Shown here piece by piece: positions 43,579-51,990 of a DNA stretch of 64,000 nucleotides. How positions within the stretch are numbered: position 1 is the stretch's first letter; each line of letters opens with the position of its first letter. This stretch comes from a virus, in IMG/VR virus record IMGVR_UViG_3300034358_000044, positions 64,001 to 128,000 of that record; one strand, 5' to 3'. Under the pieces are notes generated by a model, which was given only the letters and a program-made list of their open reading frames with translations, was not told the origin of the DNA and did not search any database. The position numbers were made by a program, and so were the translations under genes.

Positions 43579-45705
43579 CTATTTAGCCGTTCCCCAAGTA
43601 TGCCCGCTACCGGCAGATGCCGGCAGAGGAACTCGAAGCTGAAGCTCACCGAACGGGTGCTCCATCAGGTACTTCGCCCTGGCTTTCACCTTGGCGGCAT
43701 TCTCCTCTGGGCACTCGAAGATGAGCTCGTCGTGAATCTGCAGCAGGAGTTCAGCGCCGAGCTGCTTCAACTCTTCATCGTCTTCACACAGGAGCATGGC
43801 CGCTTTGGCGATGTCTGAGGCCGTGCCTTGAATGATGCTGTTCACCGCCTGCCGCTCGGCCTGAGCGGAGTCCTTCTTCTGCATGCCAGTGAGAGAACCG
43901 AAGCGGCGCAGACGACCGACGATGGTCGTCACGATACCAGTCCGCCAGAGCTCCATCTTCGTCGCCTCGATGTACGTCTTCACACCGGGGAAGACGCTGA
44001 ACCACTTCTTGATGAGCTGCATGCCCTCTTCGTCGCTCACGAAGCGCTTCAGTTCCTGGGTGAGGTTGGCCGCGAGGTGAGACCCACCGATGCCGTAGAT
44101 GATGCCGAAGCCTGTCGCCTTTGCAGCCTGCCGGTAGAACAGGAGCTCGATTTCCCTCTCCGTCAGTGGGGCACTTCTCCTTCCCTCGTTGACAGCCTTC
44201 TCAGCCTTCTTGGCCGCCATGACGTCGTCGTAGGGAATACCGTACATCTCCGCCACCGTGAGGCAGTGAAGATCGGTACCATCTCGGATGGCACCAATCA
44301 TCTTCTCGTCGCCAGAGAAGTGCGCCATCAGACGCATCTCCAACTGCTCGTAGTCGGCTACGACGAGGATTTTCCTCGCAGCATGAATGAACGCCTCTCG
44401 AATCTTGAAGGCGTCCTCACTGAGGCGGGGGATGTTCTGCAGGTTGGGGTTCGACGAGCTCAGGCGCATGGTGACCGCGCCCGTCTGATTCAGCCTGGTG
44501 TGGATGCGGTAGAACGGGTCCAGGTGTTCCTGCAGGCCCTCGACGTAGGTGCCGTGAGTCTTCTTGATGGACCTGTACCGCAGCAGTTTCATCGCCCACT
44601 CGTCTCCCTGGCCAGCCCAGAAGTCGAGAGTGTCGAAGTCTGTGGAGGGCTTCTTGATTCCCGACGTCCCTCCCTTGGTCATCTTCACCGGTTCCTTCTT
44701 GAGGTGGTCGAAGAAGAACCAGGAGACGTCGGCAGTGGCGTTGAGGTTGATGACCCTTCCCGTGTACCGGTTGAAGTCCCTCTGAATCTCGTCCATCTCC
44801 TTCCGCATGGGGCCGTCCTGTTCCATCAGGTGGCCCTTGTCCACGGTGATGCCTCGGCGTTCCAGCTTCCAGAGCAGCTTGGTGAAGGGCACCTCCACTC
44901 GATGGAAGTAGTCCCTCAAATTCTTCGCTGAAGAGAAGTTCGAGTAGATGGGTTGCTGGGTCAGCAGCTCATCGAAGTAGAGCCGCAGCATGTGGGAGTT
45001 GTAGGCGTCGAGAGAGGCGTAGTCAGTGGCCGACTCGAACTTGTGAAGAGCTTCCTGGTAGGCGTGAATCAGTGCCTCGTAGTCAAGCTGCTTCTCCCGT
45101 GCGTCCTCTGAGTTGTACCAGTCCGTCGCAGGTGGCGGTGGAGGAGCTGGTACGGTGAACGCCTTCCTCACCATGTCTCCCACGGTGGGGTTGAGGTTTC
45201 TCCCGGTGAGCTTGTCGGTCTTCTTGGGGAGAATCTTGCCGAAGGTGTCCTGAAAGGTTGGAGTCGTTCTTCCGAACCTGTCGCTGACACTCTCTTTCAG
45301 ACCGTGACGCCCTTGGTTGTTCTCGTTGTCGAGGAAGCTCTGGACGATGGTGTCTCGCCAGTCTCCTGCTTTCGACAGGTCGGCTCCCGTGTTGGCGAAC
45401 ATGTGGGCATCGAACTTCGCGTTGGTGAAGTCGAGGTTGATGTCCGGGTTTTCGAGAATCGGCTCCTTGAAGATGGGGATGAACTCTGCCGGAAGACAGA
45501 TGCGTTGTTGTGCATCCGCCAGCGACCAGACGATGACCCGGTCACTCTTCGTGTCGAGTCCCGACGTCTCAGAGTCGATGCCGAGTCCGTTGTTCAGCTC
45601 GTGTGATTGGAGGAAGTACTTCACCCATTCTCGTGCTTCTACTTCTCTCCCCACCCAGCGTCCGGAGGGGATACTCATGTCGAACGTGAAAGCCATGATC
45701 TTCAC
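43579..45705 (-). CDS. polA: Family A DNA polymerase (3'-5' exonuclease + polymerase)
   Basis: IDSETSG, NAKFD, YASLDA; RLSSSNPNLQN, DYEQLEMR, RQAAKATGFGIIYG, NSIIQGTASD, QIHDEL. Confidence 0.96.
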   Translation of the reverse strand: MKIMAFTFDMSIPSGRWVGREVEAREWVKYFLQSHELNNGLGIDSETSGLDTKSDRVIVWSLADAQQRICLPAEFIPIFKEPILENPDINLDFTNAKFDAHMFANTGADLSKAGDWRDTIVQSFLDNENNQGRHGLKESVSDRFGRTTPTFQDTFGKILPKKTDKLTGRNLNPTVGDMVRKAFTVPAPPPPPATDWYNSEDAREKQLDYEALIHAYQEALHKFESATDYASLDAYNSHMLRLYFDELLTQQPIYSNFSSAKNLRDYFHRVEVPFTKLLWKLERRGITVDKGHLMEQDGPMRKEMDEIQRDFNRYTGRVINLNATADVSWFFFDHLKKEPVKMTKGGTSGIKKPSTDFDTLDFWAGQGDEWAMKLLRYRSIKKTHGTYVEGLQEHLDPFYRIHTRLNQTGAVTMRLSSSNPNLQNIPRLSEDAFKIREAFIHAARKILVVADYEQLEMRLMAHFSGDEKMIGAIRDGTDLHCLTVAEMYGIPYDDVMAAKKAEKAVNEGRRSAPLTEREIELLFYRQAAKATGFGIIYGIGGSHLAANLTQELKRFVSDEEGMQLIKKWFSVFPGVKTYIEATKMELWRTGIVTTIVGRLRRFGSLTGMQKKDSAQAERQAVNSIIQGTASDIAKAAMLLCEDDEELKQLGAELLLQIHDELIFECPEENAAKVKARAKYLMEHPFGELQLRVPLPASAGSGHTWGTAK

Positions 45706-45767
45706 TCACATGGAAAGGTGGGGCCTGCCCATTGCTGACCGCAGGCCCCACATGTTGGACTACTGGA

Positions 45768-47231
45768 CTACTGCGGCTTGCCGTAGTTGGGCGGGACGAG
45801 AGGAACGAAGGGCATCGGACCCGTGGCCTGACCGGGCTGCGGTGCCTGCTGCGCGTACGGCTGGTACGGGGCCGCCATCCCGGGCTGCGGGAGAGGCGCT
45901 CCCATGTTCGGCTGGAACGGCTGGCCCATGTTCGGCTGGGGAGCGAACATCTGGGACGGCTGCTGGGGCATCGTGTAGGGAACAGGCTGGGCGTGGCCAG
46001 GCTGCTGGGGGAACTGCTGGGGGTTGTAGGCGCCCATCTGAGGCCCCATCGGCTGCTGGTAGCCCATCTGGGGGCCTCCGGAGGGAAGCGGCAGCTTCAG
46101 GCGGAAGGCCTGGTCCTGCAGCGTCCGAGGCTTGAGGTTCTCCTCGAAGTCGTAGAGCTTGCCCGTCTCCACGATGAACTCCCGCATGGTCTTGCCGCCG
46201 AGGAACGCAGGGTCCACGGTACGGGCGAAGTCCTCGATGGTCTTGTGGGGCAGACCCTGGGTGATGTGGCTCTTCGTGCCCTCACCCTGGCGCATGCCGT
46301 AGACGACGACGTCGAAGATGGAGAGCTGCAACCCCTTCGCGTTCTGCGCTTCGCAGGTCTCGCAGGAGATGATCTCCTTCAGCAGCACCGGCCTGTTGCA
46401 CCGCATGCAGGGGTACGGACGGATGACGTCCTGAGCGATTTGCTCGTCGCTCCTGGGGTCGTTCGCCATGTCCACGATGAGCGTGTTGCAGATGGGGCAG
46501 GAGAAGCCATCCGTGACGAGCTGGGAGTGGCAGTTGCCGCACTGCGACGAGATGACTTGGTCGAGCCCTTCGATGTCCGAGAGGTGGCCCTTGCCGAGAT
46601 CGAGGTAGCGCCTCTTCCCGAAGATGGTGGTCAGCGACCGGGGGTCGTACCCAGGCCACGGATCCTTGCCCGGAGCCGGGGGCAGAGGCTGCTCTCCCCT
46701 CAACACCCTGCAGAAGTTGCAGGTGCGGCCCTCGCACTCGGAGGTGATCATCACCGGCCCCGAGTTGTCGTTCTTCATGACGATGCCGCCCTTCTCTCGA
46801 TCGAGCAGAGGGTGGCCGTGGTAGTACGCGAGGTGGACGATGGTGAAGCAGAACGCATCTCCCACGCCGATGGACTTGTCTCCCGAGTCCACCGCGAAGC
46901 AGCCCACGCACGGCTGGGGGTTGTGGGGGTCGTTGCCGGCCGAGCAGATCTCGTCAGCGAACCACTCCTTCCCGCCCTGCATCAGCTTGCGCTTGTGGAC
47001 CCGGTACTTGAAGTACGGGTTGATGACGGGCTTGGCCCGGCCCGTGGCGGGATCCATCTCGACCTGCTCGGGAGCAGGATTGGGATCGACGTACTCCCCC
47101 TTCATGAGGATGATGGGCGAGCCGGGCTGAGTGGTCGGCAGCCGGTACTTGTCGTACCAGGCCCCCTTCGACTTCCCACCCTTCTTCTTCGTGTCCGCCG
47201 CAACGCTACGACGGAAGCTAGTCATTACCAT
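45768..47231 (-). CDS. Putative ssDNA-binding/replication accessory protein with Zn ribbons and P/Q-rich tail
   Basis: Located between primase and polA; several CxxC motifs; product inferred from context only. Confidence 0.5.
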   Translation of the reverse strand: MVMTSFRRSVAADTKKKGGKSKGAWYDKYRLPTTQPGSPIILMKGEYVDPNPAPEQVEMDPATGRAKPVINPYFKYRVHKRKLMQGGKEWFADEICSAGNDPHNPQPCVGCFAVDSGDKSIGVGDAFCFTIVHLAYYHGHPLLDREKGGIVMKNDNSGPVMITSECEGRTCNFCRVLRGEQPLPPAPGKDPWPGYDPRSLTTIFGKRRYLDLGKGHLSDIEGLDQVISSQCGNCHSQLVTDGFSCPICNTLIVDMANDPRSDEQIAQDVIRPYPCMRCNRPVLLKEIISCETCEAQNAKGLQLSIFDVVVYGMRQGEGTKSHITQGLPHKTIEDFARTVDPAFLGGKTMREFIVETGKLYDFEENLKPRTLQDQAFRLKLPLPSGGPQMGYQQPMGPQMGAYNPQQFPQQPGHAQPVPYTMPQQPSQMFAPQPNMGQPFQPNMGAPLPQPGMAAPYQPYAQQAPQPGQATGPMPFVPLVPPNYGKPQ

Positions 47232-48294
47232 GTGCTGCTCCTTGATTGATGTACTTCAGGAACGTCATCTTCTTGCTCACGAGTTCTGGTACTGCACTCT
47301 CTTCGTAGTCGTCTGGCTGCGTCTCGAAGTCACCCGCTGGGTACGGAACGACGCTGACCTTCCCGTGCATCGGCTTCCAGAGAAGGTCACCTACCATGCC
47401 TGTTGCCCTGATTCCTGCTGCGTCGTTGTCGAGAAACAAGACCACGTCCCAACCCAAGAGGTGAAGCATCTGCTGCTGCTTGTCGCTGATGTAGCTACCC
47501 ATCAGGGCCACGGTGTTCTCGAACCCGCTCTGCATCATCCAGAGGCAGGCCTTGAATCCCTCGACCAAAAACACCGTACCAGCAGGGTCTGACATTCTTC
47601 GGGCCCAGAGCCGGTGGAAGTTCCACAAGTAGTCGTGGTTCTCGCACCGGTACCCAGCAAAGTCCGCATCCTCGTCGAACCAAGTACCGAAATCGCTTGG
47701 GATAGTCTTCCCGTCCAGGCCTTTGTGCTTCCCCTGGTAGACCCGGTACTTCTGGTGCAGGTGCTGCTGGGTGAACTCCGTGATGCCCCCGGAGAAGCCG
47801 GCCAGGTTCCCGAACATGTCCCTCAGTGGGTACATGATGCGGTGGTTGGTCCGGTCGTACCCCACGTCCATTCTCTTCAGGATGTCCTCTCGGAATCCGT
47901 CTTGGACGAGCTTGGTGGGGCATACCTCATAGACCCCCAGTATGGACTCTGGGAGAATGATGTTCGCCTTGAAGGGTTCCCTGTTGACGAACTTGTGTTT
48001 CTTCTCGACCTGTTGAAGGGCTCTCTGTCGTTCGAGGTACGGCTCCAGGGACTTCGTCTCGGCGTCAATGGTCGAAGCCGGGACACTCAACTTCTGCAGA
48101 AGGGTGCGAATCGAACCCTTCTCATGACAAGTGAAGCAGTGAAACAGCCCCTTCTCCACGTTCACTGAGAAGGACGGCTTTCGTTCCTGCCCGTCCTTGT
48201 GGAAGGGGCAGGTGGTGATGATTTGATTCTCACCAGATGGCTTGAGCGACCCGGGCATGTACTTGCCCAGCATCGCCAACACCTGTTCCCTCAT
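47218..48294 (-). CDS. DnaG-like primase (CHC2 Zn finger + TOPRIM)
   Basis: CPFH...FHCFTC; LVEGFKAC; LFLDNDAAG. Confidence 0.92.
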   Translation of the reverse strand: MREQVLAMLGKYMPGSLKPSGENQIITTCPFHKDGQERKPSFSVNVEKGLFHCFTCHEKGSIRTLLQKLSVPASTIDAETKSLEPYLERQRALQQVEKKHKFVNREPFKANIILPESILGVYEVCPTKLVQDGFREDILKRMDVGYDRTNHRIMYPLRDMFGNLAGFSGGITEFTQQHLHQKYRVYQGKHKGLDGKTIPSDFGTWFDEDADFAGYRCENHDYLWNFHRLWARRMSDPAGTVFLVEGFKACLWMMQSGFENTVALMGSYISDKQQQMLHLLGWDVVLFLDNDAAGIRATGMVGDLLWKPMHGKVSVVPYPAGDFETQPDDYEESAVPELVSKKMTFLKYINQGAAHGND

Positions 48295-48297
48295 TGG

Positions 48298-49692
48298 CTA
48301 CCTCTCGAACCTGCCCCGTGAGGGCAGCGTTGGATCCTCTGCTGGGCGCTGGAACTGCGCCGCCTTCTTCGGTTTCTCCTCATCTTCGAAGTCTGTTGCA
48401 GCAAGCGGCCTCTTGAAGCTGAAGTCGTTTGCTGGCTCTCCGTTGATGACCATTCCTTCGAAGATGCCATCCCTCATGGCGGTGGCGGTCATGATGACCT
48501 CGGTGACCTTCCTCTTGGTGGTCTCGCTGATGTACTCCTTCTTCTTGAGGTGGAAGACCGCGTCAGCATCCTGTCCGATGGCGTCGGCGTAGGCCAAACC
48601 GGACAGCTCCTGGTCCTTGCTCTTCTCGGAGCCACGGTTGGCTTGGGTGATGCCGATGACAGGAATCTTCTCGTTCCTCGCCATACGCTTCAAGTCTTGG
48701 CTGACGTGGGCGACGTTCTTCCAGTCGATGGCCAGGGACTTGGTCCTGTCGTCTGGCATGAGGTACATGCCGTCCACGACAACCAGATCCGGTTTGTCCT
48801 CTCGCACCTTGGCTGCGAGCCAGGAGACACCGCCACCTCCTCCTTCATTAGTGATGACCTTGATGTACGGCTGAGTGCCGGTGTACTGACTGGCGCTCGT
48901 CTCGTCGTCCTTGAGCTCCTGCAGCTTGAGGAAGACCAGCTCCTTCATGTGGGGCTGGAGGGTTCCACGGATGAACTTGTCGTAGTCCACTCCGCAGAAG
49001 AGGCAGGCCATACGTCGAATGACTTGGTCAGGAGTGAGCTCAAGAGAATAGATGAGCACCTTCCTTCGGCAGTTGCGGTAGGCGTGGGTCGCCATGTGGA
49101 GCCCCACCCACGTCTTCATCTGCTTGGGGCGGGCGTAGAGGATGATGAGCTGCCCCTCCTGCATCCCCTGAGTCGCGGCATTCAGCGGCTCCCAGGGGAA
49201 GGGAATGCCGAGGAGTCCGTGCCCGGCCTGCACCATCTCGTAGTTGCTGAGGAGCTGGTTGTAGGCATTCGACAGGGACATGTCTTGGCCGACCTGTGAG
49301 AGGGAGGCGATCTTCGACGTCTCCGCCTTCAGCACGGCCATGGCCGCCATTGGATCACGCTCGGCCAGCTCCGAGACGTTCTGCGAGAGCAACTGGAGCT
49401 CGATGTAGACCTTCTGCTTGCGGAGCTCGGCTGCCAGTACCGGCACCGTGTCGTTGCTGGGGTGCGGGTAGAAGCTGTTGGGGAAGTGCATCTGGATGAG
49501 CTCCAGGCTGGGCACCTCTCCTGCTGTAGCGGGCGAGTGATACGTGAAGCGCATGAAGCGGTAGACTTCCTTGGCCAGCGGAGTGAAGAAGAACTCCTCC
49601 GTTATCTGAGCCTTCTCCAGCGCCTGGAAGTTCCTGTCGTAAATGACCCTCGTCAGCAGGGCCAACTCGATTTGGTTGGTCGTATCGGTCAC
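48298..49692 (-). CDS. dnaB: DnaB-like replicative helicase
   Basis: YARPKQMKT Walker A, YSLEL, VVVDGMYL, ITQANR, YADAIGQDAD; probable GTG start 49692 (track start 49797). Confidence 0.9.
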   Translation of the reverse strand: MTDTTNQIELALLTRVIYDRNFQALEKAQITEEFFFTPLAKEVYRFMRFTYHSPATAGEVPSLELIQMHFPNSFYPHPSNDTVPVLAAELRKQKVYIELQLLSQNVSELAERDPMAAMAVLKAETSKIASLSQVGQDMSLSNAYNQLLSNYEMVQAGHGLLGIPFPWEPLNAATQGMQEGQLIILYARPKQMKTWVGLHMATHAYRNCRRKVLIYSLELTPDQVIRRMACLFCGVDYDKFIRGTLQPHMKELVFLKLQELKDDETSASQYTGTQPYIKVITNEGGGGGVSWLAAKVREDKPDLVVVDGMYLMPDDRTKSLAIDWKNVAHVSQDLKRMARNEKIPVIGITQANRGSEKSKDQELSGLAYADAIGQDADAVFHLKKKEYISETTKRKVTEVIMTATAMRDGIFEGMVINGEPANDFSFKRPLAATDFEDEEKPKKAAQFQRPAEDPTLPSRGRFER

Positions 49693-49855
49693 GGGTAACC
49701 CTTCTTGGCGATGAAACGGCAATAGCCGTCCTTGCCCGGAGGCAAAGCGGCTTGGTCTCTTAGAAGTTGTTCCTGCGGGTAGTCCCCACTCAGTCACCCG
49801 TTGCAGCGGGCTTCGTGCGGGGACTCTCGTACAAGGTGCCGCAGGCCAGAGTCAA

Positions 49856-50155
49856 CTAGAGGCCGGGCACACCATCAGGTTGGGAGTCAGAGAATGCCTC
49901 CACGCTACTGGTGGTAGTGCCCTCGCTGAACAACGTGGTGAGGATGTCCTTTTCCACGCTGTCAAGGAAAGCCTTCATCTTCTCCAACGTCTCGGTGCTG
50001 TAGTCTCCGTACTTGGAACCAGCACCGTAGCGTACTCCTGTAGAAGAATTGCAGAAGGCGAACTTGGTCGTGACGACTTCCCCAGCGAGGAGGTTGATGC
50101 TCAACTCCCCGATGGTGACGCTGTCGATGCGGCAGATGCCTTCGGACTTGGTCAT
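49856..50155 (-). CDS. Hypothetical protein
   Basis: Coupled to upstream gene. Confidence 0.7.
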   Translation of the reverse strand: MTKSEGICRIDSVTIGELSINLLAGEVVTTKFAFCNSSTGVRYGAGSKYGDYSTETLEKMKAFLDSVEKDILTTLFSEGTTTSSVEAFSDSQPDGVPGL

Positions 50156-50538
50156 CAGTACCTCTGGCCGCGTGCAGCAGCTTCCTGGCGCTTCTGCTCC
50201 AGGATGGGAGCGAGCTCGTTCTCCGCCCTCTGCCGGTTCTCCATGGCGTAGCCACGGGCGAGCTCGGCAGCCAGCGTCACCGCTCTGTCGATGGTGTTCT
50301 GATCTTGGTTGCAGGTGAGCGTGATGGTCACCATGGCCGAAGCCCCGGTGCCGAAGTCCTTGATGCCCATGTCTGCTGAGACCGAGACACGGGAGAGACC
50401 GTTTCCGACAACCTGTTCGTATGCGTCCATGAGCTCCTTCGGGACTTCCCCGGTGAAGGTGTAGTTGATGTCGGGACTACCCTTGACGGACAAGGTCATC
50501 CCACCAGAAATCTTCGGCTGTTCTCGTTGAATGTCCAC
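50155..50538 (-). CDS. Hypothetical protein
   Basis: Tightly packed gene string. Confidence 0.7.
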   Translation of the reverse strand: MDIQREQPKISGGMTLSVKGSPDINYTFTGEVPKELMDAYEQVVGNGLSRVSVSADMGIKDFGTGASAMVTITLTCNQDQNTIDRAVTLAAELARGYAMENRQRAENELAPILEQKRQEAAARGQRY

Positions 50539-50540
50539 AG

Positions 50541-51149
50541 CTAGTCCCTGACCTTCTTATCCCCGAGGAAGTGAACCTCCTTGGGTCCTCGAACCTGAGG
50601 GGTGGACTCCTTCTCATCGTAGGCACCGGTCACCACATCGTCGAGCTTGTTGGCCCTGAGCCAGTTCAGCACGCCGTCGTAGTTGATGTCCCACGCCTGC
50701 TTCACCAACGGGACGCTGACGCCGTCCTTGTTGAGGGCCTTGAGCCCCATGAGGCGATCTTCGAGTCCGTGGTTCCTGACGAGCTTGAAGAGGGAGTCCG
50801 CATCGAACCCTCTCTTGGTCACGGAGGTGACGGTGAAGCCCTTGTACTCGACGCCCGTGGACTTCCCATCCGGTCCTCTCCACTGGGTCGGCGCTAGCAC
50901 CACGGCTTGACGGAGAGCATCAGCCGCGCTCTTCCTCTTGGCGTTGTAGTCCTCTTGCTTGGCGCGCAGGTCGTCCCAGAGGAACTTCCACGAGGCTAGG
51001 GCCTTCTCGTTGTCCCATTGAGCCATCTTGCCCAGCTCGAAGAGGAAGATTCCGCTGGTGATGATCTCCTCTGCATCCTGCCATGCCTTCTCCGCTTCGA
51101 GAAAGGCATCGACTGCGATTTCGTAGTCTTTCTTCTCTGACATGTTCAT
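50541..51149 (-). CDS. Hypothetical protein
   Basis: ATGA-coupled to UDG; start 51149. Confidence 0.7.
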   Translation of the reverse strand: MNMSEKKDYEIAVDAFLEAEKAWQDAEEIITSGIFLFELGKMAQWDNEKALASWKFLWDDLRAKQEDYNAKRKSAADALRQAVVLAPTQWRGPDGKSTGVEYKGFTVTSVTKRGFDADSLFKLVRNHGLEDRLMGLKALNKDGVSVPLVKQAWDINYDGVLNWLRANKLDDVVTGAYDEKESTPQVRGPKEVHFLGDKKVRD

Positions 51150-51988
51150 CCTCTCTGCGGCATGGGTGTTCCGAAGTACTGCCTTCGAAGGAAGTCGACC
51201 GCCTTCAGACCGAGCCTCCAGTCCTTCACGGTCTTGGCGTAGTCTCCGTTGGGCTCGTTCCAGTCCGCCTTCCTGAGTAGGTAGGAGGGATGGTAGATGG
51301 GCAGCACCGGGTAGGTGACTGGTCCCAGTCGGCCAGGGAACTCGACGTCGTAGATGCGACCACGTGCAGCGGTGATCTTCACTTGGTTCTTCCTCATGAG
51401 CGCCGACAGGGCAGAGTTGCCACAGGCGACGATGAGGAGTGGATCCACGATGTAGACGATGTTCATGAGTCTCGGCCAGCAGGCCTTGATTTGGTGGGCG
51501 ACCGGAGTCTGGTTCTCTGGGGGCCGGCACCCTATGGCATTCGTGACGAAGAACTCGTTGTACCGCCACTCACGAATGGCGTCGTGGTAGGCCTGCACCT
51601 TCTTCACGTTTCGCACGCCATGGCTGATGGAGGTGTACTCCTCCTGCCATGCCCGGATGACGGGGTCCGCTGAGGTGAAGGCCAGAATCTGATTCAGAAG
51701 CTGGCCGGACTTCCCAACGAATGGAATCCCGGTCTCATCCTCTTCAGCTCCTGGTGCCTCACCGACGATGAGGATGTGCGCGTCCGGGTTGCCATGACCG
51801 AAGACGATGTCCTTCCGACCAGTGCATTCCCGCATCTCTCCCAGGTTGCACTTCGTGCAGCCGTACCACTGGTCATAGAGGGACTGCAGCTTGTCCAGCT
51901 TCGACCCATTGAAGATGGGAAGCTCAGGTGGTGGCTCCTTGACCTTCTTCTTGTACGTCTTCTTCGGCGGTAGAGCTTCAGTGTCCAT
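51146..51988 (-). CDS. Family 4 uracil-DNA glycosylase
   Basis: CTKCNL, VFGHGN, VGEAPG, PFVGKSG, CRPPEN, HPSYLLR. Confidence 0.92.
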   Translation of the reverse strand: MDTEALPPKKTYKKKVKEPPPELPIFNGSKLDKLQSLYDQWYGCTKCNLGEMRECTGRKDIVFGHGNPDAHILIVGEAPGAEEDETGIPFVGKSGQLLNQILAFTSADPVIRAWQEEYTSISHGVRNVKKVQAYHDAIREWRYNEFFVTNAIGCRPPENQTPVAHQIKACWPRLMNIVYIVDPLLIVACGNSALSALMRKNQVKITAARGRIYDVEFPGRLGPVTYPVLPIYHPSYLLRKADWNEPNGDYAKTVKDWRLGLKAVDFLRRQYFGTPMPQRG

Positions 51989-51990
51989 TC

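Noticed and set aside
49110-49140. DnaB Walker A variant ARPKQMKT as a sign of inactivation
   Set aside because: Catalytic Lys-Thr and the other motifs are retained; such variation occurs in phage helicases
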